From Callorhinchus milii (lineage: Eukaryota), in NCBI RefSeq assembly GCF_018977255.1, contig NW_024704742.1, positions 59,522,001-59,586,000 on the forward strand: a DNA stretch of 64,000 nucleotides, written 5' to 3'. The position numbers were made by a program, and so were the translations under genes. Of the stretch, positions 39,445 through 53,811 are shown piece by piece (position 1 is the first letter of the stretch; every line of letters begins with the position of its first letter). The notes under the pieces were generated by a model that worked only from the letters and a program-made list of their open reading frames with translations, was not told the DNA's origin and searched no databases.

Positions 39445-42370
39445 GCACACTGAAACCTGGATCACTCCAGGCGCCACTTTCCCCCTAACGGAGGTCACAC
39501 CTCCCAACTACAACTTCCATCATATCCCATGACTTAACCGCCAAGGTGGTGATGTGGCTCTCATCTCCCAATCCCCGCTCGGCCTATTCCCTTATTTCTC
39601 TGAAACCTTCCCCTCCTTTCAGCACCTTACACTTTATTACCCCTCCAACCTTTCCCTGAAAATTCTCCTTATCTATCAACACCCCAAGCCCTCCCCCACC
39701 TTCATCACCGACATCTCCACCCTCCTATCTTCCCTCTCCCTCTGTTCTGAACACCTCCTCATCCTAGGTTACTTCAAACTTCACTTCACCCTCTCCTGCT
39801 CTAAATCTGCTGACTTCTCCTTCCTTATCTCCTCCCTCAACCTCTCCCTCCACATCCACTCCACCAACCACGTTTGCGGTCATCCCCTCGACCTGATGAT
39901 CACTTGGGGCATCACTGTCTCAGATCTCACCATCATCGACAAAGCAATCTCAGACAATCACTTCATCTACCTTAACTCCTCAATCGCTCTCTCCACCTCC
40001 ACCCAACCCACCTCCACCTCCTATCGCCCCTAGAAAAAAATCTCCATCCCCTCCCTCTCGGCTGCCTTGGAGACATCTGAACTTCTTCCCCTCTGGGCTT
40101 CCTCCCACAATGACCTATCCTCCTCAGTCACTCTTCTCCACAGCTCCCTCTCTTTCACTCTTGATTCCCTTGCTCCCCTCTCTTCCCGAACCGTCTCTTA
40201 TTCATGTAAGTCACCACAGTACACCAGCCTCCTCTACTCCCTTAAACCACAAGTGCGTTCTGCTGAGGCACCTGGCTTAAATCAAATTTAACTGTCCATC
40301 GGCAGATCTGCTGGACCATATCAAATCATGCCACTCAGCCCTCACCTCCACTAAACCCTCATTCTACTCCAAGACAATCTTGAAGGCTAAGGACGACCTC
40401 AGGCTCCTCTTCTCCACATTCCCATGCCTCACCCATCCTCACCTCAAATGCCAATTGTGAGGTGATGCTGGACTACAACAAAGTCAAGGGAATCTGCTCA
40501 GCTGCCTCTGCCACTGCATCTGCTAACCCCTCCCCATCTTCCCCTCCCACCCCAGCCCCTACCCATCCCTCCCTCCCCACCTTCGAACCTGCCTCCACCT
40601 CCTCTATCATCAGCACTATAACCCGCATGAAATCGACCATCTGCTCCTTTGACCACACCCTTAAACCTCTCCTTACCTCCCAGCTCCAGCTCCTTGGCCC
40701 TCTACTCATTGACATCAGAAATCTCTCCCTGTTCTCTGGTACTATTCCCACCCTATTAAAAACTGCCGTCATCACTCCTATCCTTAAAAATACCCTCCCT
40801 GGACCCATCTCTACTCTCAAACTACCACCCCATCTCCAACCTTCCTTTCTTCTCCAAGGTCCTGGAATGAGTAGTTGCTTCTCGGCGTCGCGCCTTCCTC
40901 TCCCGACACTCCCTTCACGAACCCCTCCCATCGGGTTTCCATGCCGCCCACAGCACAGAAACAACCCTGGTCAAAGTGACAAATGACACTCTGTCCATCT
41001 GAGACCAGGGCTTCCCCTGCCTCATCATCCTCCTTAACCTCTCTGCTGCCTTCGACACTGTTGACCACTCTATCCTCATCCACCACCTCTCCTCTCACCT
41101 CATCCTTCACGGCTCTGTCGTGGACTGGTTCAGATCGTACCTCTCACACTGCCTCCACTTCATCTCCACAAATGGCTTCTCCTCTAGCACCCGCATCGTC
41201 TCATGCGGCATTCCTCAGGGCTCTGTCGTTGGTCCCCTGCACTTCAATATCTATGTGCTCCATCTTGATGACATTATCCGCAAACATGGGGTCAACTTCC
41301 ACATGACACAAAATACTGCAGATGCTGGAAATCTGAAACAAAAATAGAAGTCACTGGGAACACTCAGCAGGTCAGTCAGCATCTATGGAGAAAGGAAAGT
41401 GAGTCAATGTTTCGGGTCCACGACCCTTCTTCAGAATCATTCTGAGGAAGGATCAGGGACACAAAACTTTGCCTCACTTTCCTTTCTCCTTAGATACTGC
41501 CTGACCTGCTGAGTGTTCCCAGTGACTTCTGTTTATACTTCAACTTCCACATGTATGCGGATGACACCCAACTCTACTTCTCTGCTTCCACCCTTGAATC
41601 CAGGATAACTGCTGTGCTGGCAGAATGTCTGTTGGACATCAAGTCCTGGATGAGAGCTAATTTTCTTCAGTTGAACGTCAACAAGACCGAGACTCTTTTG
41701 ATTGCCTCCCATCAGTGCCTGCATCCATGCTTGCACACTCCACCTTGCTAAGCCAGTCCGGAACCTTGGGGTCTCGTTTGACCCTCAACTATACTTTCCA
41801 CCCACATCTGTGCCATGACATGATCTGCCTTCCCCCACCTCTGCAACACCATCTCGTTCCGCCACTGTCTCACACCAAGGCCGCCGAAACCCTCATACAT
41901 GCTATAATTACATTGAGGCTTGACTATGCTTGTCTATCGCCCCAACTCCTCCTTTCATAGCCTGCAAATCAACCAAAACTCTGCAGCCCATGTCCTCTCC
42001 CGCAACAGGCTCCATGACGCTATCACCCCCATCCTCGTCGACTCTATTGGCTTCCCATCACACAGAAGATACAGTTGATGATTCTGGTCCTCACCGTCAA
42101 AGCCCTCCATGGTCTTGGACCCCCACTCACTATGCAACCTCCTAAACCCCTACCATCCTGCTCGATCCCTCGGCTCAGTGGGCTCCGGCCTGTTTCAAGT
42201 CCACCGTCTTGCTCGCCCAACTATTGGCGTTCGAGCCTTCTGCCACTCTGCCCCCCCCTTCTGGAACTCTATCCCACAGACCCTCCACCTTGCTCCGTTC
42301 CTTGCCTCCTTCAAGACCCATCTCAAGACCCTTCTCTTCGACCATGCTTTCAATCTCCCTGCCTCCTCAA
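39445..42370 (+). mobile_element. Long L2 LINE ORF2 relic (APE endonuclease, RT, C-terminus), frameshifted
   Basis: TETW codons at ~39449; ILLIYQHP, LLILGYFKLH, H..GHPLDLMIT, ISDNHFI (APE); TAVITPILK, GIPQGSVVGPLHFNIY, MYADDTQLY (RT); FKTHLKTLLFDHAF. Confidence 0.95.
41306..41539. mobile_element. Palindromic non-autonomous Penelope-like element with hammerhead-ribozyme cores
   Basis: TSD tcaacttccacatg at 41292-41305 and 41540-41553; ~95-bp inverted arms centred at 41438; minus strand CTGAAGA-a-gggtc-gtg-gaccc-GAAAC. Confidence 0.8.
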
Positions 42371-42929
42371 CATACCAGACATAGCATTCTATCCAATTAG
42401 GTCAATAATCGGAATGTGGCATTGTACATCACGCGGATGTTTGGAATATATTTTGATTTTCAAAAGATACACGCTTTGATGAAAAAATACCAATATTCAA
42501 GGTTGAACGAAGCTTAGCATATTCTACAAAGGAATTGTCAGGGAACATTCAAGAATTTTTCTTTATTTTTTTTAGAATTGAAAACTGATTCAAACAGAAT
42601 AATTTGAACCCAAGGTGCCCTGTTGTAATACTAGCTCGGATACAAAGGAGTTGACAAAGCTAACCTGGTTTAACATGGCTTTTAATTCACAGAATCAGAA
42701 CTCATGAATGGTGAGTGGTCCAATTTTGCAAACCATATAACTTTACAACCATAGAAAAAGGTCATTCAGCAATTTGTGCTAAGGCTGACTCTATCGGGTT
42801 GAAATTCCATATGGTTGCATTGCATGGCAAAAAGAGAACAAAACAAGCAGGCATAAATAAAAGATAGCAAATAATATATCCAATCGGGAGGCTAGATGTT
42901 TTAACCATTTAACTTAAACTATTTTTAAG

Positions 42930-44568
42930 ACCACCACCTGCTCCTTCGACCCCATCTCTACACCTCTCCTTACCTCCCAGCAATACCTCCTCGTCCCTTT
43001 ACTCTCATCTCATCAACCTCTCCCTGTGAACTGGCACCATTCCCACCCCCCCCTAAAAACAGCTGTCATCGCCCCTGTCCTAGAAAAAACTTCCCTGAAT
43101 CCATCCATTAACACTAACTAGTGCCCCATCTCCAACCTCCTTTTCCTTTCCAAGGTCCTTGAAAGAGTTGTTGCTTCCCAGATTCACTCCTTCCTCTCTT
43201 GCCACTCCTTTTAGGAGCCTCTCCAAATGGGTTTTGGTGCTGCCCATAGCATGGAAACAGCCCTGGTCAAGGTGACAAATGACATTCTGTCCATCTGTAA
43301 TCAGGGCTCCCTCTATCTCCTTGTCCTCCTCAACCTCTCTGCTGCTTATGACACTGTGGACCATTCTATCCTCCTCCACCACCTCTCCTCTCACCTTAAT
43401 CTTCAAGGTTCTGTCCTTGAATGGTTCAGATCCTACCTCTCCACTTTGTCTCCACAAATGGCTTCTCCTCCAGCTCCCGCACTGTCACATGCTGTGTTGC
43501 TCAGGGCTCTGTCCTCGGTCCTGTCCTCTTCAACCTGTACATGCTCCCTCTTGGTGAGATCATCCGAAGACATGGGGTCAACTTCCACATGTATGCAGAT
43601 GACACCCAAGTCAATCTCTCTGCCTCCAACCTCGACCCCAGGCCACTGATGTCCTGACAGACTGCCTGTCAGACATCAAGTCCTGGATGAGAGCCGACTT
43701 TCTACATTTGAAGAATGTAGAGGACCGAGGTCCTGCTGATTGGCTTCCACCAGCACCTCCGCACCTCAAGGACTGGCAGCATCAGCCTCCACGGATGCAC
43801 ACTCCAACTCACCAAGCCAGTCAGGAACCTTGGCATCTTGTTCAACCTTCAACTGTACTTTATCCCCCCATATCCATGCAATGACCTGCTCTGCCTTCCC
43901 CACTTCCGCAACATTGCTCGACACCACCACTCTCTGACCTCTCAAGCTGCTGAAACCCTCATACAACTAGGCTCGACTGTGCCATCCACCTGCTTGTTGG
44001 GCTTCCCAACTCTTCCCTCCACAAGATGCAAATCATCCACAATTCTGCAGCTAGTGTCCTCTTCCGCACCAGGCTCCGTGACCCCATCATCCCCATCCTC
44101 ACCCGGCTCCACTGGCTACCTATCCCTCAGAGAATCGAGTTTAAAATTCTTGTCTTCACCTTCAAGCCCTCCATGGCCTTGCCCCTTCCTACTCTCCAAC
44201 CTATGAACTCATTATCGACGCGTTCATTTCCACCGCTCAGCAGGCTCTGGCCTGCTGCATGTCTCCCGCCCAGCCCACCATCAGCAATCAGGCTCTCAGC
44301 CTCTCTGCCCCCACCCTCTGGAATGCCATCACACATTCCCGTAGCCTTACTCCCTCTCTTGCCTCCTTCATTGCATGCATCAAGACCCTCCTCTTCGACC
44401 GTGCCTTCAGCCACCCTCCTACAGCAACCCTCCGCACCGTACACCCTCCCTGATCCCAACCACCTACCTACCCCACACCTTCCACTTGGGTCCTAATCCC
44501 TGACTGTTCAGTCTTTGGGACATTCTCCTGTAAAAGGCGCTTTACAAATGTAATTTTGGATTGTATTA
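42930..44568 (+). mobile_element. 5'-truncated L2 LINE (RT to tail)
   Basis: [71 protein letters not shown]; tail aaaggcgctttacaaatgtaattttggattgta. Confidence 0.95.
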
Positions 44569-46009
44569 TAGATGGAACCTCTTTTCACAGAAAGTACGAT
44601 GATCAAGTGCAAGGATTATTATCATAAGATGGAGAGAATGTGGAACCCATTGCTGGAAGCTACCGTTGAAGAAAATGGCATCAACGTATTAAGAGATGAT
44701 TTGATTCATACATGAGGGAGAAGGGAATAGAGGGTGATAGGTAAGGGAAACAGGGTGGTTGTATGGTGTTTAATCAATGGCAAGGACAAGTTGGATGAAA
44801 TGGTCTCTTTCCATTTCATAGCAATCTATATAGCTCCATGTAGCTCTGTGATTTCCATTTGTGTGGTGCCATTTTCCATTGAAATGAGTGTACATATATA
44901 AATATATATATATATGTATACACGCACACTCACAGCAGACCTGTCCAGCAGGTGATTATTACCTCGCTGGGTTTGTTGTATCAAAACCCATAAAGCCTTA
45001 ATCTGAAAATAACTTCCAATTCCTAAATTTTGAAAGAATCTATCAGACACCAGCATTCACAAACCACAATTTTTCTGCATTAATGTTTAGGTGCAAAGTA
45101 AATATCCGGCGCCATGTCCAATTTGCACATAGGAATGTCCCACAAATTCTGACATCATCCTACACCCCCCCCAGAGCTCCCCACCTCCCCCCACACACAC
45201 ATATCCCCATAAGAGATATCTGCTTGGTTCCATTCTGCCACCTTTTCCTCGTACTCTTTTAAACTGATTTGAAACAAACCTCGGCTATGAAAATTGGAAT
45301 CGTTTGAAAACTACTGGAGGAGGAGAGAAAATATTTTAGATAGAAAAGATCCTGATTTGCACTTATACATTGGAGAAAAATATAACTAATGGGCAGCACA
45401 GCTTTACAGGATGACTAGATTTTAATGGCTGACCCTGTAGGAATATTGCTCAAATCTTGGTTCTGATGCATTGGAATGTGTGGATTTGTACATTTTCTAT
45501 TCATGTCTCTCAACTGAAGGAGCTTGGACTCTGCTGGATAAATTTTGATGGAACGTTACCTGTGGCAAGAATTTGGAGTTCTGTCCTTCTGGGATCAGCT
45601 GTCCTTCCCAAGTTACATATTGCTTGATGAATTTATTTATAACCCTTAAATCCATGAAAAATAACTTGGTAGCTATGGATGTTTAATGTCCCTGCAGGTT
45701 GCTATCACCTGATCCAAAGAGAGGATCTGTGAGCAATTGTGGCCTCTTACTGAAAGAGAATCACTGAAATCTCACTGAAAGAAATGTAGTTTTATTTTGC
45801 AATATTAACTGTACAAAATTAACAGATTTATTTTGAATTTTTCAGGTGTGTGCGTGATGAGCTGGATCACACAGCAAATCTTTTCCTGCATCTTGTGGCA
45901 GGTGAACAAATAAGTTGAAACTACCTGAACTGCTCTCTCTCCATGGCCAAAATATCCCTCTCATTCAGAAATTAGGCCAAGAACAATAAAAATAACTTGT
46001 ATTTATATA

Positions 46010-46168
46010 ATAATAATAATCCTTGCATTTGATATAGCGCTTTTCACATCTTCTAGACTTCTCAAAGCACTTCACAGACTATACTGTAAAGTGAATTGAC
46101 TACATATTTGTGGGTGAAATGTGTCAGCCAATTGTGCACAGCAGTGTCCCACAAACAGATGTGAATTG
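46010..46168 (-). mobile_element. tRNA-headed SINE 3' fragment
   Basis: (aat)n ccttgcatttgatatagcgcttttcac...gtgtcccacaaacag. Confidence 0.85.
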
Positions 46169-47054
46169 AGCGCCTTTTTTAATCCCAGTACTGTGCACAA
46201 ATTTATAGAACTAAAGAAATAGTAAAAAAAAAGCCATTTGGCTCGTAGAGTAATCCATGTAGTCCCATTTACCAGCCTCTTTCACCATACCTCTGCATAT
46301 TACGCATGGGAACATAGGAATAGGAGGAGGCCAATCAGAATCAACAAGAACAACACACTACACTTGTATAGTTTCTTTCACAACGGAAGGACATCCCAAA
46401 GCACTGGGATGTTTTGGACCAAACATTTTTTTCTCTTTTTTGCAGACAGAGCAGCAGAAGGGTCAGTTTAATGTTTCTTGAACGCAGAAGTTGCAAAAAC
46501 AACTAAAAGAGCGCAATAATGACTATAAAGTAATGAAACTAAATTGTGAAAAAAGTGGATTACAACCAAGTGCAATTCGAGATAAATAGTGTTGCTGATC
46601 ATCAGTTACTCTTTTTTATGACCCTAGCTCTGCAAAAATTTGCCCTACTACTGTCATTGCATTGAGCCCTCTTGTTACGATATTGGCATAATGCCATAGA
46701 GTAGCCCCTTAATAAAGAAGTGGGTATATTACTCAGTTACAAATTTGATCCCTTTACTTTCAGTGCCCTTATGGAATCCAGACTGAGATTGCTGTTGTAT
46801 CCAGAATAAAACAGATACACTGAGTACACAGCTCCTTTTCAAATCTCAAGCAATGAAAACCTCTGTTTTTGGCTGTACAGATTCACAATAACATTTTATT
46901 TTTCACAAGTTAGTAGTTCCCACCAACCACACAGTGATCCGCAGTTAGAAAAAATGTTTTCACCGACTACATGTCTACCAGTACAAAACACATAGTTTAC
47001 TTGCAGAAAAACAAGCTTCCCATAATATATTGCTGTGTGTTGCTAAAATCTATA

Positions 47055-47400
47055 TTAGAGCAGTCGCCTTGCAAGTGAGAGACCTGGTTGAATTCCCATC
47101 AGGGCAAAATGTTTGGCAAGCTACCTTACTCCACATACCTCTGTTTACCTAACAACAAGTAAGAATCTGGTTGTTAGTCGATTGGTGGATTGCTGTTCCA
47201 GGGACAATAATCCCTAAAACAAACAACAATCATTTGGTCACTTAATCCAGGACTGTTTGTGGGAGACCGCTGTGCTCAATTGCCTGCCATATTTCATTCA
47301 CAAATATACAGTCATTTCACTTTACACTATATTCTGTGAAGCGCTTTGTGACATCTAGAAGACATGAAAAGCACTATATTAAATGCAAGGATTATTATTT
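47055..47400 (+). mobile_element. tRNA-headed SINE, long variant
   Basis: ttagagcagtcgccttgcaagtgagagacctggttgaattccc...ccttactccacatacctctgtttacct...gaagcgctttgtgacatctagaagacatgaaaagc...(att)n. Confidence 0.88.
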
Positions 47401-47961
47401 TTACTTTTAGTCACTTTTTTCTAAAAATTATTTGTAAAATGTTTCAAACAGATCATTACTGAGGACATTTTTTTATATATCCCAAAAGGCAATTACTGTC
47501 CCAATCGCAATTTTAAAATATAATAATAATAATCTTTGCATTTGATATTGCATCTTATCACGCCGTTGAGACGTCTCGAAACAATTTATTTAAAAAAAAA
47601 TATTTTAAATATAAAATATAGAATAAAACTCCCGATTGGCTCCAGTTGTTTTTCGATCTCTGTAGTATGGCTGGAGCCTGTCAATGGGTTTCAGCGGCAC
47701 TCTAAATATCAGCACTGACTTATGTTTAAATTGCCTCGTAATAGCGGAAATTATAAAAATTTTGTTCAGTGGCTTTGAATGGGCATATCTTCACAAGCTC
47801 TTTATGAAGGCTGCCTTCTAGATATCATCTTGCTTGCTTGTCTGTGCTGTATTATTTCTCCTTTGTCTATTATTTTTCCTGTTTCTTTCTCCTAGCTCTT
47901 TTCCACTGCAAATATTTAATCTGCAAGCCCCAGGCTTAAAACTGCATCTTGCCTTTGCCTT

Positions 47962-48140
47962 GTAAAACTGTTTTGTCTTCAAATTTAAGATTGTGTGGAC
48001 GTTTCCACAATTGAGACATAAATTTAGAGGACGGTATTCCACGGATCATACAAAAGATTGGTTTCAAATGAAGACTACATTTTCGAATTTTCCACAATTC
48101 TGCTTGACCTTTAATTTTAACACTAAAAATGTTTTTTTAC
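47962..48140. mobile_element. Old palindromic MITE-like element (copy 2)
   Basis: aaatttaagattgtgtgg...ttttcgaattttccacaattctgcttgacctttaatttt; similar to the 3038 and 54970 copies. Confidence 0.5.
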
Positions 48141-49359
48141 AGGAAAAGACTTGGTGGAATTAATCTCCTTGTTCTATAAGCTGGTGTTGACTCGATGTGC
48201 CAAATAGCCATCTTCTGTACTGTAGATTTCTATGTTTCTAGAGGTACGTACATTAAGCCTGGAGCAGAAGTAACTTCGAAAGACACATCTGGTAAAATGT
48301 AAGGCATGTTACAGATCAAAGGCGCACACTATCTATAGATAATGTCCTAAATCCTATGGCACAAAGCCCTGATGGTATCACAGTCCTGGATAGGTACATT
48401 GGTTGAGAGGCTTTATTTATAAGGAAAAACTAGATAAAATGTTTTCACAAGAACAAGCATGATATAGAGGTTCAAAATGAAGTGGAATTTTAATAAGGTA
48501 AATTGGGGAAATTATTTCCATTGTTTGTCGAGTCAGCAAATAGGGACCATATATTTATAATAATAATAATCTTTGCATTTGATACAGGGCCTTATCATGT
48601 CATCAAGGTGTCTCAAAGAGCTCTTCCTTTTAAGGAAAGAGAATGCACTACGTGGTTGAAGCAATGGTTGAAGCAGAATCTATAATCGCTTTAAAAGGAT
48701 ATTACAAAAATATGTCAAGACAAAGTATAGGTATGGGGAAAGGGCAGAGAAATGGCGTGAAATTAATAGCTCTTTCAGAAAGCGAGCACAGGTAAGAAAG
48801 GACATTCTGTGATTCTAGAAATCCTTCCACCCATCAAATAAAAGTAATCTAACGTTTTTGTATTAACACCCAGACATTGATCTATAATAACACACTGCCT
48901 GTGAGTTACCAGTAAAATAAATAACCAGGGGCTAAATCATCCTGTGAATACAATTCTTCATCTTCAGTTATAAGATTTTCAAAATAAGAGGCATTGCAAT
49001 TATGCAATAGGAACTATTAAAGTGCTCTGCATTTGTAACCTCTCAAAGCTTGCTCCCCTGATAATGTAACAGATTTGGTGAGTCGAAAAGCATGATACTG
49101 TACTCATTTTGTAAAACAAAAATCACAGTTCCTTGTAAGTTTCATTTCCAAATTCCTATTTTTTAAAACTCTCTGATATTCAAAAGTATTCTTCTACTTC
49201 ACAAAAACAATAATTGACCCTGTATTAAAAAAACTCACAAAAATGTCACTACCATTGGTGAAATAAGATATTCTTGTAAATGACACAAAGAGCACTGTAA
49301 TAAATGATACAGAGCATCATGGTGCCAACACAGGATGTTACACCTCTCACATTGTATAA

Positions 49360-49727
49360 TAATCCTAATAATAATCCTTGCATTTGGTATAGCACCTTAT
49401 CACGTCTTCAAGACATCTCAAAGCGCTTCACAGAATATTACCTTAAAGTGAATTGACTGCATATTTTGTGGGTGAAGCACAACAGCCAATTATCTCACAA
49501 ACAGTCGAGGAATGAGTGACCAAATGTTTTTTGTTAAAAATGTTTTAAAAGGTATTATTACCCCTGGTAAAGCAATCTGCCAGTCGATTAACAACCGGGT
49601 TCCTATTTACTGCTACGTAAGCTTGTGGAGTAAGGAAACTTGCCTAACATTTCTTCTTGCCTGGGAAACAAACCCAGATCCTCTCACTGGCAATGGGAGT
49701 GCTCTCACCACTGAGCTACAGGATTCC
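49360..49727 (-). mobile_element. tRNA-headed SINE
   Basis: Tail at 49360-49430, gtggagtaaggaaacttgcc, head gagtgctctcaccactgagctacaggattcc. Confidence 0.85.
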
Positions 49728-49894
49728 ATTGTACTGCTAAAAGATTTTGCATGCCTTCAGTTTGGAGGAGTTTCAGCAATGCCTACAGGTACAGGATTAA
49801 AGACAATTCATTCATAGTGGTTCTCTGGTTTGTATTGCTACTACCAAACTGCTAACGGTTATATACCTGCTGCACTGATTTAGTATTATAATAA

Positions 49895-50392
49895 TATAAT
49901 AATCCTTTCATTCTAGCACCTTGAATGTCAAGTAGACATTCAAATCACTTCACAGGATTTACTATAAAGTGGAGTGACTGTATATTTCAGAAGCAAATGT
50001 GACAGTCAATTTACACGCAGGAAAGTCACACAAAAAATTATGAAGTGAATTATTTTATTTTATCTGGGAAATGTTGGCCGATGTATGGGAAGAAACTTTT
50101 CTCTTTTCAAATTGTGCCATGGGATCTTTAATGTCCACCAGGACAGGCAGGTGGGACGTCAGTTTAACATCTGATCTAAAGGACAGCACCTCCAACAATG
50201 CAGCAACAACAGCTTGCATTTAAATAGGGTCCTTCACAAGGGGTAGCATCCCGGAGCGCTTAAAGTACACCCCCAGCACTGCATTGGAATGTCATCTTTG
50301 GTTATATGAGTTAAAAGTTCTGACGTGTGGCTTGAACCAACAGCCTACTGACTCAGAGGTGAAAGTGCTGCCAACTGAACCAAGCTAACACT
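49895..50392 (-). mobile_element. Deu-domain SINE with an L2 tail nested at ~50205-50262
   Basis: gccatgggatctttaatgtccaccaggacaggcag...cagtttaacatctgatctaaaggacagcacctccaacaatgcagc...gactcagaggtgaaagtgctgccaactgaacc. Confidence 0.78.
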
Positions 50393-50711
50393 GCATTTGC
50401 ATGACAGAAGCTCATTCCGTTTTGCTAAGACTTCTAGGATTTACTGAATACACTGTCGGCTCACCTTTGCTACAGCGCCCTGTGCTGTAAACTGCTGATT
50501 GTGGACTTGTTGATGAGTAAAATATACAACATCTGCTGTGAAGAGATATATAAATGAAAATAATTAAATCACAATTGTTGTGTCACATCGGGATATAGTT
50601 TTGAATTCTTTTTTTAAAATGTAAGCTTGGTGATTTATTAGGCGAGTCTCACTAGTGCGCATATTTATCATAATGTATTGTGATCTGAAACATATTCCTC
50701 TAGGTACAAAT

Positions 50712-51125
50712 TTACAATACAATACACATTTACATTTACATAGCATCTTTCACGATGGGAGGATGTCCCAAAGCACTGGACAGTCAAGGTTTGCGCCTGA
50801 GCTGGAGTTGGGGACAAGAGGGAAGGCAGTCGATAGTGCAGTCAAAGAGGAAGGTCTTGAGGCAGCCATTGGAGATGAGGAAAGGGGTGATTTGGGATGG
50901 AGTTCCAGAGAGTGGGGGCAGATATGCTAAAAGTTTGATCACCAATGACGAGGAAGTGGGGGTGATGGGGGGGGGGAAGGGGAGGAAATTGGATGTGAAG
51001 CAGGCCAGTGCCCGCTGAGTGGAATTGCTGGGTTGAAAGGGTTTGAGGAGGTCGCAGAGGTAGGTTGTGGCATGACCATGGAAAGATTTAAAGGTTAAAA
51101 CAAGGATCCTGAACTCAAATTTATT
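50712..51125 (-). mobile_element. L2 3' fragment
   Basis: ORF 50784..51161: EFRILVLTFKSFHG..YLCDLL...LKTFLFD; (TTGTA)-type tail. Confidence 0.87.
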
Positions 51126-53811
51126 CTTGCTCTTCAGTAAAATTATTAGTAGTTTCACCATTCACTACTTTGGACTGTACTATTCACCTAAAAACCTAAA
51201 GTGGTTGAGCGATGTGGACCTTGATTCTTATTTTGTGTAAATGAATATTAAAATACAGGCTGTTTTATATTTACTTATATTTCTTTTTATTAGCTTATAA
51301 GATTCTTAAACTATGCCATTTTAAAATCCAAATAGAAATATTGACAGGCACGTATTAATTGGCTAAAACACTACATAATAGTGCAATTTAGTCCCAACTT
51401 TTCTATTACCTTCTCTCAAATACATGCAAAAGAAGGGAATAGAGGAGTATATGGTGGGGGTGGAAAGGTTAGGGAAGAAGGAATAGGATAGGTGGAGGAT
51501 AAACACTGGCACAGACAAGTTGGTTGAACAGTCTGTTTTGTTGCTGCAGATTTTATGTAATTCTAGGTATCCTTGGGGGATTGCTAGTAACGTGTAAAGC
51601 TTACATCACCAGAACTGATGATTCTACATGTTCTCACTTTCATATATTTTTTCAAAAGTCGGTGGTATTTTTTATAATTTACTCTACATTTGAATAAATA
51701 ACCCATTTTATTCTTCCTGCTGCAGTCAAATGCTATCTACAGTACACTGCAGCTTCCATTGGATTATCTGTAAAACCTTTCAAAAAAACATCGGCAGACA
51801 GAGAATCAGGGCAATTAAAGTATAGAGAGAGTCTATTTCCACTGGCATGAATAAAATATTCATGTTACTGATTTATGTGTAAATCTATCCAGCTATAAGA
51901 GAGAAGGAAGTTCCTCCAAGTGTCCTGGCCAGCAATTCCCAGATACAATTGGCAATATACTTCATGGGTGTTTGTGGGACATTGCTGTGTGCAAATTAGC
52001 TGTCATATTGGCCAACAAAATACACAACCACTACACTTTGCAGTAAATCCTGCGAAGCACTTTAAGACATCCTCCTGAGATGATGAGAACTATATCAAAT
52101 ACAAAGGTTTTCTTCTTTTTGTACACACTTGATCAGACAGATAATCAGCCTTGCATGTGATATACAGGAACACCTGTAACATTGAACCATTTCAATTCCC
52201 TTCACAAAAGGGTTGCCAAGCTCAGCTGTTGGCAATCACTGCACAGCAAGGTCTCACAAACACACATTATCCATGACAATGGGAGAAACTCCTTTCTCTT
52301 TTCAAATTGTTCCATGGTATCTTTAATATTCAGCATCTTATTCAAAGAATAGCACCTCAGCCAACGTAGAAATCCCCTGCAAAGTACTTGGTTGGGTTGT
52401 CAGGTATCAGGCTATAATATGAGCTCAGATAATGATGTGGGCTGGATGTCATACTTTTCTAAATCATTGACAAGTGTCCTACTATGTTAGAGATGAAATA
52501 CTAAGTGAATATAAAATGGAAGGAACATGCAGGCGTACTTGTTTTCGACTGATTCTAAAGAATCCACTTTCTAACATAATAGCACAAATTGCAGGTATGG
52601 TGCAAATGTCATAGCAGGCTTGTGTGTTTGAAGCACACTTTTTGGAATTTTTTTAATATAAAAATATAATAGTAATTTCATTATTCCCCACTTATATTTG
52701 TACATTTTTGCTTCTAAATAAGAAACAGAAAGAAAGAGAAACCATGTGGCACACAGGAAAAGTCTCAGCATGATTTGGCAGCATTGCTAATCGTGCAGGC
52801 TGTATTATTGCATACATTGTATTGTCACTCAGGTTAATGAAATGAGAGCACTTGTTTGTTTTTATATCGGCATCTTTTCCCCCCCGATATTGTATAATGC
52901 ACGTTGAATCTGTGGAGTCTAAATTATACCTGGTCAACTATCTACATAATATTTTGCATTATTTCCATTTTTGCCTAAAAAGTTGAAAGCAATAACAGCA
53001 TGAAGCCAGTTTACACAGTGGGAACGCTCTGGGTACACTTTTAAATTTGATAAGGAGCTAAGCAAGAGAAATTCTTGCCAGTTGATCATTGTAAATTTCT
53101 GATCGGGGAATGTTGCCTGACAAGCAAACCATACATTCGCTGAATAGGGAATCTCAGTATATTGTTCAAATGTGCATTCATTATCTGGGAATTTTGTTTC
53201 AAGCATCCTGATGTTAAAGAGCCAAGTGCCTGATTTATAAATCATGGAGCATCCACACATGGTTCACCTCCCACGGGAGACCGAGAAACTATCAGGATCT
53301 TACATTTTCAAACACAGGCTCCTTCGAAATCCCAAGAGGGGTTTGTAAGAATTCTCAATGTTGTGCTGTTTATGAAACATTTATGCATGGAAATAATAGT
53401 GGAAATAAAAATTGTATCATCTTGGCAGAATGACATAAGAAAGCTGTTCCAACTCATTTTCCTCAGCCACCAAAAATAATTGCATTTAGTTGAAAACAAA
53501 CTATGTATGTGATATGCATAGAAACGTTTACGGAAATGCATGATGGAAATTACCATGTATGGTATCTTTCCTTTGCTTGTGTGTACTCCAGTCAATTCTA
53601 TTTGCAGTTATTTATCATATCATAGACCTTGACATAACATATATGTGTCAGCCTAGCATTTATTGGCAACATTCTCGCCTCTGCGTTAGAAGCCTGTGGA
53701 TTATATTTGTATATGTTTGCTTCTAAATAAGAAGCAGAAAGAAAGAGGAACCATATGCTCTGAGGCGCTGCCCCGCGTAGAGGGTGCTGTATAAGTACAA
53801 GTTGTTGTTGT

